DNA of 64,000 nt from Eledone cirrhosa (GCA_964016885.1 CAXHJY010001543.1:29819-93818); one strand, 5' to 3'; positions 41,113-55,597 are shown, numbered from the stretch's first letter. The notes: generated by a model not told the origin, from the sequence alone. Numbers and translations are program-made.

Positions 41113-41718
41113 CTGGGATTTTTTTTGATTTTTTTAATTTGTAATATTATTTATACAATAGGAAATAAAATAGATCTACATAGTGTTAACTCGTTACGGT
41201 TGAGTCAATAATTTCAGATATGAAATACATTGTTATCGGTGAAGGAAAGACAAGATTCTAACTGGCTGCGCTTGAAGTGTCCTTGACCCAGTTGACTGTG
41301 GGTTTTTCCATTGTTAGGTCTCAATTGCCGGGTAATGTCTAAACACGCTTGCACACCTGCTCACAGCTGCGGCCAGACTATAGTTATGCTGTCTGCATGC
41401 TCATTCAAATGCATTCACACTGGCTGTCTCAAAGACATACAAATATGGCTTATAAAACTTACCAAAGTAAAGAGCCTTCCAGTGCACTCCAAAGCTCCAA
41501 ACGCCCCCTAATGCCCCCTTGCTCCCAAACGCCTCCCTGGAGTTCCAAAACGCCCCCTTGGGGTTGCATATGCCCCCCGTTGAGAACCTTTGATGTAGAT
41601 TATCCAAGCTGCTTTTCTCTGGATGAGGTCTATGTTTTCAGGGTGAGGAACGACAACACCATCCTGTACTTAGAGGGAATACTTTGTTGTGGGTCTCACC
41701 CGAGACTTGTAAAGCACC

Positions 41719-41908
41719 AGTGGATTGGCAGTGTCGGTAGAAGGTCGGACGCCATGTTTTGACGCATAGAGTTACGGCCCTTGCCATTCTGTGTTCAAAT
41801 CCCGCCGAGGTTAACTTTTCCTTTCATCCTTACCGGGGTCGATAAAATAAAGTAACAAGTAATGCACTGGGTAATTGCTGGCCTTGTGCCAAAAGTAGAA
41901 ACAATTAA
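41719..41908 (+). mobile_element. tRNA-SINE (main family); further copies 47204-47309, 59497-59683, ~60470-60610
   Basis: A box, B box and core. Confidence 0.85.
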
Positions 41909-42227
41909 TTATTAAGGACTGAATTATTTTCTGACACTGAAGAGAAGTGCCAGTCATTGAAATGCTGTATAACCAATGTTAAGGGTGTGTGTTTACTATG
42001 TCAGACCCTAGCTGATTGTGAAGACTAACAATTGGAGTGATTGTGTGGGCTCTAGTTGCTTGCTGTCAATGTTGATGGAGGGTTTGGTGGGACGGTGTTA
42101 TCTTTAGATGAGCACACAGTAAGTACATACACACCCACACACACACACACACACGCACGCACACACACACACACACACACACATGAGGTTTAGATAATAC
42201 AATGATTGAGAAAGATATATATACATG

Positions 42228-42306
<79 letters not shown>

Positions 42307-42308
<2 letters not shown>

Positions 42309-42453
42309 CGAAGGAAATGTGGTAAGGAACCAGGTGGACCATAACGCACCAAAGTACTCAATACTTAGGGTAGTAGAGTGGGTAATTCTGAATTAGTCCA
42401 GAATTAGCCGTCGAAACGGCTTGAGCTCAGCCGTCGGGGTCTTACTTGTTCCT
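42307..42453. mobile_element. Rearranged copy of the 17856-18070 element
   Basis: 42307-42386 is the reverse complement of 17991-18070. 42393-42453 matches 17930-17991 directly. Confidence 0.8.
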
Positions 42454-42462
42454 ATATATATA

Positions 42463-43109
42463 TGGGTGCGGATGCATTCATGTATATATGTGTGTGTCCG
42501 CATGTATCTGTGTGTTTCTAAATATATTAATAACTCCCTCTGGTCGAGCAATCTTTGAAGTGTGGGGACAACTGGAAAGCTTCCATTACTCATACTTCTC
42601 GCCTTCTTCACTACCTCTTCTACGGCCTCGATATGAATACCCCCTCCGCCTCCGTGGTATTTTCTTCGTGGTTATAAGAGGCTTAGCTCTGTTTCTCGAC
42701 CGTTATATCGCGCGACTGTCTCCCCCTCCGCCTTTTGGGATTCTTTCTCACGTCGTGTAGACGCGTTCTTGAGACTAGTAAAATGAGGTATCCTCTTGAT
42801 AAGTTGGCAGACCTCGCAGGGACTCTATATCTTTGATATATTGTTTTTGTTTATGCCACGAAACTACGTAGTCGAGGAATTTAGGAACAGTTTAGGTATG
42901 ATACATTTTATTACTAATTATATCTAAATGTTTCTTCTCTCTTCATAATGTATTTTTAACTCTGATACTGGTTCAGTCTGGTTCAAACTGAATTGGTCTG
43001 TCCCAGTCATTCATTGAGCAACATCGGTGAAGTTGGCACCCTTAACTCACAGTTGGGTGCGGATGCATTCATGTATATATGTGTGTGTCCGCATGTATCT
43101 GTGTGTTTC

Positions 43110-43113
<4 letters not shown>
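42463..43113 (+). mobile_element. 1.1 copies of the 591-bp HHR unit, inverted and circularly permuted relative to 19100-20613
   Basis: tgggtgcggatgc at 42463 and 43054 (period 591). Confidence 0.85.
42791..42878 (+). ncRNA. Type I hammerhead with U3-A8 core and GUC site
   Basis: tcctc-TTGATAA-gttggca..tgccac-GAAA-ctacgtag-TC-gagga. Confidence 0.75.
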
Positions 43114-43204
<91 letters not shown>

Positions 43205-43598
43205 CGTTTCTGAATTTGTTTAGCAAGATTCTTTATCTGAAATCGTGTGTTGAAACCGATATTGTTATACTTTGGGAGGGTCATGTTGCCAATAAGAAAC
43301 ACACGCACCAGTTGCTTTCACTTCAATTTAATTTAATATATATTTATAAATTTACAAATTTATAAATTTCTGGTTGGTTGGTTGGTTCCACAACCAGATA
43401 GTTGTTTATATATATATAGTCATAGTTCTTTCGTCACACACTCTGTGACCTCTTCAGTGACTGGGGATTTCTTTCTTCGTTTCTGTGCCTTTCCTTTCTT
43501 CTATCCTACGCCATTTTGGCGTAGGATAGAAGATTTAAAGTTTAAGCAAGTTTATCCTTATCGAGCCCTCTTTGGATTTTAGTCTTCAAATTTATTAT

Positions 43599-43660
<62 letters not shown>

Positions 43661-43960
43661 TGTATATTCTCGAGTAATAGTCGATCTCATATAAAAGTCG
43701 ATCGTAGTATTTCGTGGATAACACTTCAACATTAGTGGGTCAAGGTATCATTCTGTACGTAAAAATAACATTGTTATAAAATCGTCATGAATTTAAGGTA
43801 AATTTAAGAAGAGCGTTAGCAGTCGAAGTGTACGATAATGTTATATCTGTTAATATACAGAGTGGGTAACCGAGACTGCACCAATGTGTAAATAAATATA
43901 TACATATGCAATATGTAGGCTTCTAAAGAAATGGGAGAGGGAAAGGGGGAAAGAGGGGAG

Positions 43961-43996
<36 letters not shown>

Positions 43997-43997
43997 T

Positions 43998-44055
<58 letters not shown>

Positions 44056-44056
<1 letters not shown>

Positions 44057-44277
44057 TTCTTTATTAACCACAAGGGCACAAAAGAAGGGGACAAATACAA
44101 ATGGGGAGTTTACATACAGGTATATGAAAATAAAACTATTAATACAATAACAAATAACAATTGAAATCCCCAATAGCGGGGAGGTGTTACAAATGTACAA
44201 CCCTCATCTCCAGGAGCACCAAGAGTGAGTACTCCCTTCCTCTCTTCCTCTTTTTCCTCAACCTATAGGCTTATATA
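44056..44277 (-). mobile_element. 3' end of the same Tx1-like LINE family, within (GATA)n
   Basis: Ends YKPIG*, and the 3' UTR resembles 21097-21330. GATA repeats flank both sides. Confidence 0.8.
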
Positions 44278-44299
44278 ATAGATAGATATATTTCTTTAT

Positions 44300-44370
<71 letters not shown>

Positions 44371-44699
44371 GGAGAAGAAAGAAAGGGATAGGGAAGGAAA
44401 GCTAGGGAGAGTGTAGAGTGAGAGTGTAAGTGAGGGTGAGGGTGAGAACGAGGGTAAGAGCGAGGTTGGGTGTGAGGGCAGGATATTGAAACTAGATGAA
44501 TGAAAGTCAATTTGAAAATGTCAAAGGTGAGACTGAAGGACAGTGAAGTTGAGGAAAATGGAAGACAAGGCAACAAAATCACACAAAACAATTAAACAGA
44601 AGAAAAAACAACAACAAACACAAACAACATCAAACCGAATCATCTTTTATTTTGTTGGTGGAGGTCATATATAGAATAGGGTGGGTGTGGTAATTATTT

Positions 44700-45400
44700 C
44701 CACCACCACCACTACCACCACCATCACCACCACCATCGCCACAACAACTACCACTACTTCCACCAACCACCACTACCACCACTAGTGCCACCATCATCGC
44801 TACTACCACTGCCACAACCACCACTACCACCACAACCACCACAACCACTACCAACACCCCCACCACCATCATTACTAATACCACAACCACTACCATCACC
44901 CCCCCCCCCCCCCCCCCACCACCACCACCATCACTACTAATACACAACCACTACCACCACTATCACAACCACCACAACGACTCTTCACTCTCACCGCCAA
45001 CACAACCACCACCATCACCACCATCACCACTAACACTACAACCACTACCACTAACACCATAACCACCACAGCCACCACAACGATTCTTCACTCTCACCGC
45101 CAACACAACCACCACCATCACCACCATCACCACTAACACCACAACCACCACAACCACCACAACCACCACAACGACTATTCACTCTCACCGCCAACACAAC
45201 CAGCACCACCAACACCACCATCACCACTAACACCACAACCACTACCACTAACACCACAACTGCTACCACCACCACTACCACAACCACAGCAACGACACTT
45301 CATCCTCACCACCACCAACAACAACCACAACAGCAACAACAACACCATCACCATCATCACCCTGCTGCTGCTGCTGCTGTTGTTGGTGGTGGTGGTGGTG
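44700..45400 (+). repeat. (CAC/CAA)-rich low-complexity tract with a recurring ttcactctcaccgccaacacaacc unit
   Basis: Direct reading. Confidence 0.85.
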
Positions 45401-45918
45401 GTTTCTTCTTTTGTGTACATGTCTTCTCTGTATTTTGTGGGGCGGAGATGTGGGTGGGTTAAGAGGGGGGGTGGGGGGTATTGTGGGTGGAGGTCATATG
45501 TAGAATGGGGTGGGCTGTGTGGAATTTTATTCCCCCACCCCTTTCACCCAACCACCCTTTATCACACTCGTTGTTTTTGGTTGTTTCTTTTTGTTGTGTG
45601 CATGTATGTGTGTGTTTATGTGTGTGTGTATGTGTATGTCTGTGTGTGTATGTCTGTGGGTGCGTTGGTCTCACTGTGTATGCCTGTATGTGTGTGTGTA
45701 TGTCTACATGTGTCTGTGTGCGCATGTCTGTGCGTGTATATGTGCATATATCTGTGTGCGTATGTCTATATGTGTGTGTATGTTTGTGGCTGCGTTGGTC
45801 TCACTGAGTATATCTGTTTGCGTGTGTATGTCTGTGTGTGTGTATATGTCTGAGTGTACATATATCTGTGTGCACATGTGTGTGTGTATATGTCTGTGTG
45901 TGCATATGTCTGTGTGCG

Positions 45919-45951
<33 letters not shown>

Positions 45952-46291
45952 ATATGTCTGTGTGCGCATGTGTGTGTGTATATGTCTGTGTGTGCATATG
46001 TCTGTGTGTGTGTGTGTGTGTGTGTGGAAAGTACGTGTGTTGGGAGGGTTGTGTGGCTGTTGATGCTTTTGATGTTGTTGTTGTTGTTGCTATTGTTGTC
46101 ACATTTATTGTTGTTGCTGTCTTTTGGCTTAGAGTTTTTTAAGAAAATCTTTGAAACAGGTCAAAATGTGAGAAAAAAGAAGAAATATTTAAACTAGGGA
46201 CAGATACTACTATAGAAATATGTAGCACAGACAATAATATGAATATATAAATATGCAAAATCCATAAATATGTATATGTATATATATGTAT

Positions 46292-46376
<85 letters not shown>

Positions 46377-46407
46377 ATATATATATATATATATATAATA
46401 TAATATA

Positions 46408-46515
<108 letters not shown>

Positions 46516-46706
46516 GGGGAGAGAGAGGAAGAATATATAAATCTAGAAATATATATATAAATGCATAAATACAAAACATTTTTTTAAAGATAGAATTTCA
46601 AAAAAATTGGCTGGAAGGAAAAATAAGAAAATAAAGTAAAATAGGATAAAGGGATAGGGTGGAGGAGAAGGAGAGGAGGCGAACAGGTTAAGGGTGTAGT
46701 AGTAGT

Positions 46707-46757
<51 letters not shown>

Positions 46758-47030
46758 CAAGAAGAAGAAGAAGAAGAAGAAGAAGAAGAAGAAGAAGAAG
46801 AAGAAGAAGAAGAAGAAGAAGAAGAAGAAGAAGAAGAGACAGTGATGGTGGTGGTGGTGGTGGTGGTGGTGTGGTGTGGTGTGTGGCTGTAAATATCAAC
46901 TATAAGAGAAATGAGAGTGAAATGTGGACAATAAAGGTAGTAAAGAGAGTTTGAAATGATAAAGGAAGAAAATAGAAAGAAACTGGTTAAAGGTTAAAGT
47001 GGAATCATAGGGAAGTCACATTTATCATTG

Positions 47031-47080
<50 letters not shown>

Positions 47081-47124
47081 CATACACATACATACATACA
47101 TACATACATACATACATACATACA

Positions 47125-47155
<31 letters not shown>

Positions 47156-47615
47156 GTATATATTTTATATATATATGTGAATCATAGTTTTTAGATATAC
47201 TACACGCCGAGGTTAACTTTGCCTTTCATCCTTACGGGGTCGATAAAATAAAGTACCAGTAATACGCTGGGATAATTGCTGGCCTTGTGCCAAAAGTAGA
47301 AACAATTATACTACACAGATAATTTAAGCTAGAATTACCTCCCTTGTTTCCATTATGACGCTTTCCTCTATTTGGAGCGAAAATTGTCGATGGAAAGAAC
47401 TTGCCTTTTCCTATATTTGTCTGCGTGCCCGATGAAAGGCCAGTTTGGAAGTGCCTCCTCCAATATACAGCAGTTGCCATAAATGGACCACGAAACCAAT
47501 GGTCGCACATACATGTTAAGTGTATGAAACATTATTTATGCTATATAGAGAGCTGAGGATCCAAATAAGGTGAAAGAATTGTTCTCGGTATGGTGAACTA
47601 ACTGTTGTGGAACTA

Positions 47616-47689
<74 letters not shown>

Positions 47690-47773
47690 GGAAAAATTTG
47701 AACAGGAACAAAACAGAGTGGCAGTACAACGAATGTTTATTAATTTCACGCTCTGGAGAGTGGGGTGGTGGTG

Positions 47774-47813
47774 GGGAACGACGTTTCGGGCATAAGCCCT
47801 TCCTCAGGTGAGA
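47774..47813 (-). ncRNA. Minimal Penelope-type hammerhead motif within a TA-flanked element (~47686-48060)
   Basis: Reverse complement reads cac-CTGAGGA-a gggc ttat gccc-GAAA-cg-TC-gtt; stem I is weak. The downstream part recurs at 28858-28944. Confidence 0.6.
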
Positions 47814-48064
47814 AGTGTGTGGGAACAGAGTTCAAAAGGTGTGTAGGGGAGTGGTGGAGAGACATATAGCGAAAGGAAACGGTGCGAATGAAATTAAAAA
47901 TAAAAATAAAAATAAAGCATGATCAAAATAAAAGGAATGAAATAAAAATAAATACAAAAGCATGATCAAAATAAACTGAAATTAAAAAGGGGTAAAACAG
48001 GTGGTGGAAGGGTGTGGGGTGTGTAGGGGTGGTGGCGGGTGGAGTGGGGAGAGGGAATATATAT

Positions 48065-48440
48065 ATTAGAAAGTGAGGTTTTTTTTTGTTTTTTTTTTAC
48101 AAAATGAAAAATAACCGAGGTGTCCTACACGAGTGAAAGTATAAAGAAAAAAAGATAAAATCGAAAATGCAACTGGAGTCTTATTTAAAAAAATATATAT
48201 ATATTTATTTGGTTCCTTTACCGGTTTCGCAGTTCTTATGCTTTTCAAAAGTAGAGTTGAGATGAAGGGTCTGTGGTTTTTCTCCCATCAGATGTGAGAA
48301 AAACCACAGACCCTCCATCTCAACTCTACTTTTGAAAAGCAGAAGAACTGCGAAACCGGTAAAGGAACCAAATAAATATATATATTTAAAAAAAAATAAG
48401 ACTCCAGTTGCATTTTCCATTTCATCTTTTTTTCTTTATA
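48065..48440. mobile_element. Fold-back dimer of the small U3-A8 HHR element (HHRs at 48216-48251 minus, 48329-48364 plus)
   Basis: Apex catc-a-gatg at 48286-94, with reverse-complementary arms. Confidence 0.8.
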
Positions 48441-48862
48441 TATATATATATATATATTGAACAATTTGTTTCATTTTAAAAACTAGATTTTATTCGTTTA
48501 TAAAACTGATTTTTCAACAATTCACTCGTACCTGGATGTTAGACGTATGTCGCTCTTTTGTCTGATCTACGCATTTCGTCTTAAAATTTCAAATTTTCTC
48601 CGTATATTTTTCTGTACTTGGAGTGAATCTGAAATGACCATTGGAAACCGCGGAAAAGAAAAACTACTGATACTGCTATTATCTCGAAATAGAAACGTGT
48701 TAAAATAATAAAATGATTTAACTTTTTCCTCTTCGCTCTTCGTCCATCTATATTTGTGTACTCCGTATCCCGTCGGATTTATTTATTCGAAGTTTGATTC
48801 CTAATGCTTTTACGGATTTTTCCTGTTATGAATTGAATCAGCTTATTTTGCGGATCGTGGAA

Positions 48863-48983
<121 letters not shown>

Positions 48984-49061
48984 ATTATATGCATGTATGT
49001 ATGTATGTATATGCGTGTGTGTATACATATATTTATATATGTGTGTATATATATGCATATA

Positions 49062-49189
<128 letters not shown>

Positions 49190-49550
49190 ATATATATATA
49201 AATATATGAGTGTGTGTGTATATATATATACGTGTTCTACAGTTTCTATCCAATTTTCAAAGCAGAGATATTTGAAAATCGTTTTCACCAACAAAAAATA
49301 TCAGAAATATAAACGTTAGAGGCGGTGCATGATCTGCCTATTTTGATATATTTACTTATTCGTTTCGGTAAAGCAGGAAACCCAAGTTAGATTTTTACTC
49401 TCCCTATTATTGATCGCCTCTCACACTGGTGACTATAACACCTCATCCTTGAACTGACTTCCGTGACGGAAATACTTGCAACAAACCAAAAAAACGTAAC
49501 ACGTGATTTGCGTTTTATGATATATGTAAATATATCTATATATCTATATC

Positions 49551-49622
<72 letters not shown>

Positions 49623-49945
49623 TATATACATATATATGTGTGTATGTACATATATATGCATATATACGTGCATATATATACATATATAGGTTCATATGTA
49701 TATATATATTGACAAATACATATCATTCATGCAACCATCATATATGCATATAAGCATATATATTCATTCATTCATGCATACAAAAACAAGAAAGAAAAGT
49801 GATGTGTCAAAGCATTGTTCTAATCTAAACACACTCCCCAAGTTATGACTTTATACCCTTTCAGCAACTTAATTCTGCTATTTCCCCCTCCAGTCGGAGA
49901 GAGTATAAACTAGCTAAGAATCTAAGATGTATATATATATATATG

Positions 49946-49996
<51 letters not shown>

Positions 49997-50079
49997 TGTG
50001 TGAGGGTGTCTGTGTCTGCGTCTGTGTGAGTGTGTGTGTATATAGACTAAACAGCGTATCAGCAGAATTCAAGTTACAT

Positions 50080-50141
<62 letters not shown>

Positions 50142-50280
50142 AAGGTTAAACAAAGTTCGATGAATAAATCAAAGAATTAGTTTTACATTAGATTGGAAGC
50201 ACTCAACATAAATGGTTTTCCGGAGTTATTAATATTCATTCAAGATATTAACAAAAATAGAACTTCATTGTGATCAAGTA

Positions 50281-50347
50281 TATTTTATTATACATATTTC
50301 AGAGGTACTGAGTTAACTTCAACAGTACGTCCTCATCAGATAAAATA
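50281..50347 (-). ncRNA. Type I hammerhead
   Basis: Reverse complement reads tattttat-CTGATGA-ggac gtactg..cagtac ctct-GAAA-tatgta-TA-ataaaata, with an 8-bp stem I. Confidence 0.75.
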
Positions 50348-52148
50348 AAATGATGCATGACATACTCTGACATACTAGATGGTTAAGATCCAGTCATGGT
50401 AGTGAGTAAGATATGACAAAACTCAATATTTATATACCTTAAGATTGATACATGAAAAAAATTACATATAATACATATAATACAGAGGGTGCGTATAAGA
50501 AAGTTTAAAAATACATAACAGTAATTTACATAACTGTTAGAGATTCAAATAATTATTGAAGAAAGAGGAAAAAAAAGAAAAAAAAGGAAAAAAGAGAGAG
50601 AAAACATATGAGGGGAAAATATAGGTAGACGAGGTATAGAGAGCAAAGGAAAATTGATCAAGGAAAAGGAGACAAAGAGGAATAATTATAATTATAATTA
50701 TAATTATAGGGAGGGATGTATAGTTATGTATGATATATATCCATACACAACTATACATTTGGGCATAGGTATGCTATAGAGTAAACTCGAATCATTGAAT
50801 TAATGAATTATCTAGAAATATTCATCAATCTAAATCCTAAATATAACTGGGTGTAATCAATAAGGGTTAATTTCCTCAGTTAATTAGTTATATATACTAT
50901 TCAAATGTGTCCGGTTGACCGTTAACTTTCAAATCTTTTAAGTTAGTTCAGAGTAATGAATCAATTAAAGTGTATAATATTTCAGGCTATAAAAGTTTAT
51001 AAATATCTGTCTAAATATAAACAAAGATTATATTGCGTAAAAATTAAGATGATATCTATCATTTATATATAACATAATATAATATAATAAATAAGTTACT
51101 GGTAATATTGTTAAAAATTAAGGTTTTAGAACAATTATTATAATAAAGTCATGTAACACATATATACTATAAATATACAAGTCAAACTTTTTTTCAAGAA
51201 GTTTGACTTGTATATTTATAGTAGGCCTTTTGATGCTTTAAGGCATTCTAATTGTTAATCAAAATTTTTTTTAAATTAAAATTATTTTAAAATTATATTC
51301 TAAAATTATTTTTTTAAATTATATCATCAATATAATAATTAAATATATTATAATAAAATTATTAAGATTTACCTTCGAGATGATGAAAAATAGCATGTTT
51401 TCTCTATCATATTTACAAATAGTTTAAATATGAATTCATAAAATATGATTTTATGAATTAAATATGATAGTATACTTTAATATTAATACAGATATTTATA
51501 AACTTTTATAGCCTGAAATATTATACACTTTAATTGATTCATTACTCTGAACTAACTTAAAAGATTTGAAAGTTAACGGTCAACCTGACACATTTGAATA
51601 GTATATATAACTAATTAACTGAGGAAATTAACCCTTATTGATTACACCCAGTTATATTTAGGATTTAGATTGATAAATATTTCTAGATAATTCATTAATT
51701 CAATGATTCGAGTTTACTCTATAGCATACCTATGCCCAAATGTATAGTTTTGTATGGATATATATCATACATAACTATACATCCCTCCCTATAATTATAA
51801 TTATAATTATTCCTCTTTGTCTCCTTTTCCTTGATCAATTTTCCTTTGCTCTCTATACCTCTTCTAGCTATATTTTCCCCTCATATCTTTTCTCTCTCTC
51901 TTTTTTCCTTTTTTTCCTTTTTTTTTTCCTCTTTCTTCAATAATTATTTGAATCTCTCACAGTTATGTAAATTACTGTTATGTATTTTAAAACTTTCTTA
52001 TACGCACCCTCTGTATTAAATGTATTATATGTAAGTTTTTTCATGTATCAATCTTAAGGTATATAAATATTGAGTTTTGTCATATCTTACTCACTACCAT
52101 GACTGGATCTTAACCATCTACTATGTCAGGGTATGTCATGCATCATCT

Positions 52149-52215
52149 TATTTCATCTGATGAGGACGTACTGTTGAAGTTAACTCAGTACCTCTGAAAT
52201 ATGTATAATAAAATA
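52149..52215 (+). ncRNA. Type I hammerhead (mirror copy)
   Basis: tatttcat-CTGATGA-ggacgtactg..cagtacctct-GAAA-tatgta-TA-ataaaata. Confidence 0.7.
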
Positions 52216-52303
52216 TACTTGATCACAATGATGTTCTATTTTTGTCAATATCTTGAATGAATATATATATATATATATATATATACATTTATGTATATCT
52301 ATC

Positions 52304-52337
<34 letters not shown>

Positions 52338-52355
52338 TATATACATCTATGTATA

Positions 52356-52404
<49 letters not shown>

Positions 52405-52409
<5 letters not shown>

Positions 52410-52620
52410 TGTGAGAAAAACCACAGACCCTCCATCTCAACTCACCTTTTGAAAAGCAGAAGAACTGCGAAACCGGTAAAGGAACCAAATAAATATATAT
52501 ATTTTAAAAAAAAATAAGACTTCAGTTGCATTTTCGATTTCATCTCTTTTTCTTTATACTTTCACTCGTGTAGGACACCTCGGTTATTTTTCAATTTGTA
52601 AAAAAAACCTCACTTTCTAA
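52405..52620 (+). mobile_element. Small HHR element; U3-A8 hammerhead at 52445-52482
   Basis: cctt-TTGAAAA-gcag aagaa ctgc-GAAA-ccgg-TA-aagg, then AATAAA. (TA)n flanks both sides. Confidence 0.8.
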
Positions 52621-52717
52621 TATATATACTTATATATACATATATATATAATTATATATACATATATATATATATATACTTATATATACATATATATATA
52701 TATATACTTATATATAC

Positions 52718-52759
<42 letters not shown>

Positions 52760-52760
52760 T

Positions 52761-52796
<36 letters not shown>

Positions 52797-52904
52797 TATA
52801 TATACATATATATATATATATACTTATATATACATATATATATACTTATATATACATATATATATATATATATACTTATATATACATATATATATATATA
52901 TACT

Positions 52905-52969
<65 letters not shown>

Positions 52970-52970
52970 T

Positions 52971-53035
<65 letters not shown>

Positions 53036-53045
53036 TTATATATAC

Positions 53046-53090
<45 letters not shown>

Positions 53091-53465
53091 TGTGTGTGTG
53101 TGTGTGTGTGTAGGTAGTAGGTAGTAGGTAGTAGGTATGTATACATGAAGTTAAACGATGTGTCATCAGCACATCAGCGAAGAGGTTTATCCTCTGCTGT
53201 AAAGCCACATCTAAGATTGTAACTAAATACGAGAACTGAGTAACTAAATACGAGAACTGAGATTTTTGACATCTTTGCGCGTTTCGAATATCTCTAGCGA
53301 CGACACCAGAGCTGTTTTGACCTTTCTTTCTATAACCAGACCCTAGCGAGGTTGTTATGTCTAATAATGCTTAGTTAAACAGACACAGGTAATAATGTTA
53401 TAATAAGGAAGGTGTAACGGTGGTGTTTTTGTTGGGTAATGATGGTGCCGTTATTGCTACAATAG

Positions 53466-53537
53466 ATGACGATGATGATGATGATAATGATAATGATGAT
53501 GATGATGATGGAGGTGGTGGTGAAGATGGTGATAATG

Positions 53538-53569
<32 letters not shown>

Positions 53570-53665
53570 GATGATGGTGGTGGTGAAGATGATGATGATG
53601 ATGATGATGATGGTAATGATGATGATAATGATGATGATGATGGTGATGGTGGTGGTGACGATGAC

Positions 53666-53702
<37 letters not shown>

Positions 53703-53739
53703 TTGATGACGATGATGATGATGATGGTGGTGGTGAAGA

Positions 53740-53770
<31 letters not shown>

Positions 53771-53788
53771 TATGATGATGATGATGGC

Positions 53789-53821
<33 letters not shown>

Positions 53822-53859
53822 GGTAATGGTGGTGGTGGTGGTGATGGTGGTGGTGGTGG

Positions 53860-53891
<32 letters not shown>

Positions 53892-53910
53892 ATGGTGATG
53901 GTGATGGTGG

Positions 53911-53942
<32 letters not shown>

Positions 53943-53958
53943 ATGGTGATGGTGGTGG

Positions 53959-53990
<32 letters not shown>

Positions 53991-54009
53991 ATGGTGATGG
54001 TGATGGTGG

Positions 54010-54041
<32 letters not shown>

Positions 54042-54057
54042 ATGGTGATGGTGGTGG

Positions 54058-54089
<32 letters not shown>

Positions 54090-54268
54090 ATGGTGATGGT
54101 GATGGTGGTGATGATGATGATGATGATGGTGGTGGTGATGATGATGATGGTGATGATGATGGTGGTGGTGATGATGATGATGGTGGTGGTGGTGGTGGTG
54201 GTGGTGGTGATGATGATGATGATGGTGGTGGTGATGATGATGATGGTGGTGGTGGTGGTGGTGGTGAT
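53466..54268 (+). repeat. (GAT)n/(GGT)n compound repeat
   Basis: Direct reading. Confidence 0.95.
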
Positions 54269-54446
54269 ATCACCATTACCAGAGAGTACCTATGTGTTAT
54301 TTCTCATGATGTTTTACTAATGTTCGTACAATTATTTGTTCACCTGTATTATTCTATCACCATATATATTACTGTGTGTGTGTTCGGGTATGTGTGCAAG
54401 CGTGCGTGAGTGTGTGTGTGTGTGTGTGTGTGTGCAAGCATGTACA

Positions 54447-54503
<57 letters not shown>

Positions 54504-54508
54504 CATAC

Positions 54509-54630
<122 letters not shown>

Positions 54631-54707
54631 CATATATATATATATATATATATACATATATACATACATACACAGACAAGTATACTTAGTATATACACAG
54701 AGATACA

Positions 54708-54739
<32 letters not shown>

Positions 54740-54872
54740 CTTGAGTACATATTATGTCTGAGCCTGTGTGTATGTAAATATTTATTCACATATCTGACTA
54801 TCTATATGTATATATTCTCAAAATGTATTAAATGTTTATATATATAGGTGTATAAATATACATTTATATATG

Positions 54873-55025
<153 letters not shown>

Positions 55026-55123
55026 ATATATACATACATACATACATACATAAATGTATATTTATATATGTGAATGTATCTATGTATTTACTAAATATAC
55101 ACATGCTCATGTATCGATATATG

Positions 55124-55162
<39 letters not shown>

Positions 55163-55229
55163 GTATATATATGTATATATATATATGTATATATATATAT
55201 ATGTATATATATATATGTATATATATATG

Positions 55230-55304
<75 letters not shown>

Positions 55305-55321
55305 ATATATATATATATGTA

Positions 55322-55432
<111 letters not shown>

Positions 55433-55597
55433 GTATATATATATGTATATATATATATATATATACATATATAACGAAGGAGGTTCGGCAGATCGTGACC
55501 GTATGTAGGAATGAAAAATAGACATTGCTACCATAAAGGAATTTGAAAAGATGTTTTCTGGAAGTTAGGTTCGATAGAAACCTCTCTCTCTCTCTCC

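Larger units (their letters stand above)
38945..41592 (-). mobile_element. hAT (Buster/Charlie-type) DNA transposon, internally deleted
   Basis: TIRs CAcAGGTTCTCAA / TTGAGAACCTtTG. Perfect 8-bp TSD ATGTAGAT at 38937-44 and 41593-600, with central TA. Subterminal AAACGCCCC repeats at both ends. Confidence 0.92.
50140..52264. mobile_element. 2.1-kb element with ~780-bp inverted arms and outward-reading hammerheads near both ends
   Basis: Arms ~50232-51010 and ~51488-52264. The AT-rich spacer contains an internal hairpin at 51166-51223. (TA)n flanks both sides. Confidence 0.85.

Noticed and set aside
48530-48630. Minus-strand exon with plausible splice sites
   Set aside because: Stops in all three frames. 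It could only be non-coding and is unsupported without transcripts.
53420-54409. Asp/Gly-rich 329-aa ORF as an acidic biomineral protein
   Set aside because: Pure GAT/GGT microsatellite, open in several frames, with no supporting gene structure.
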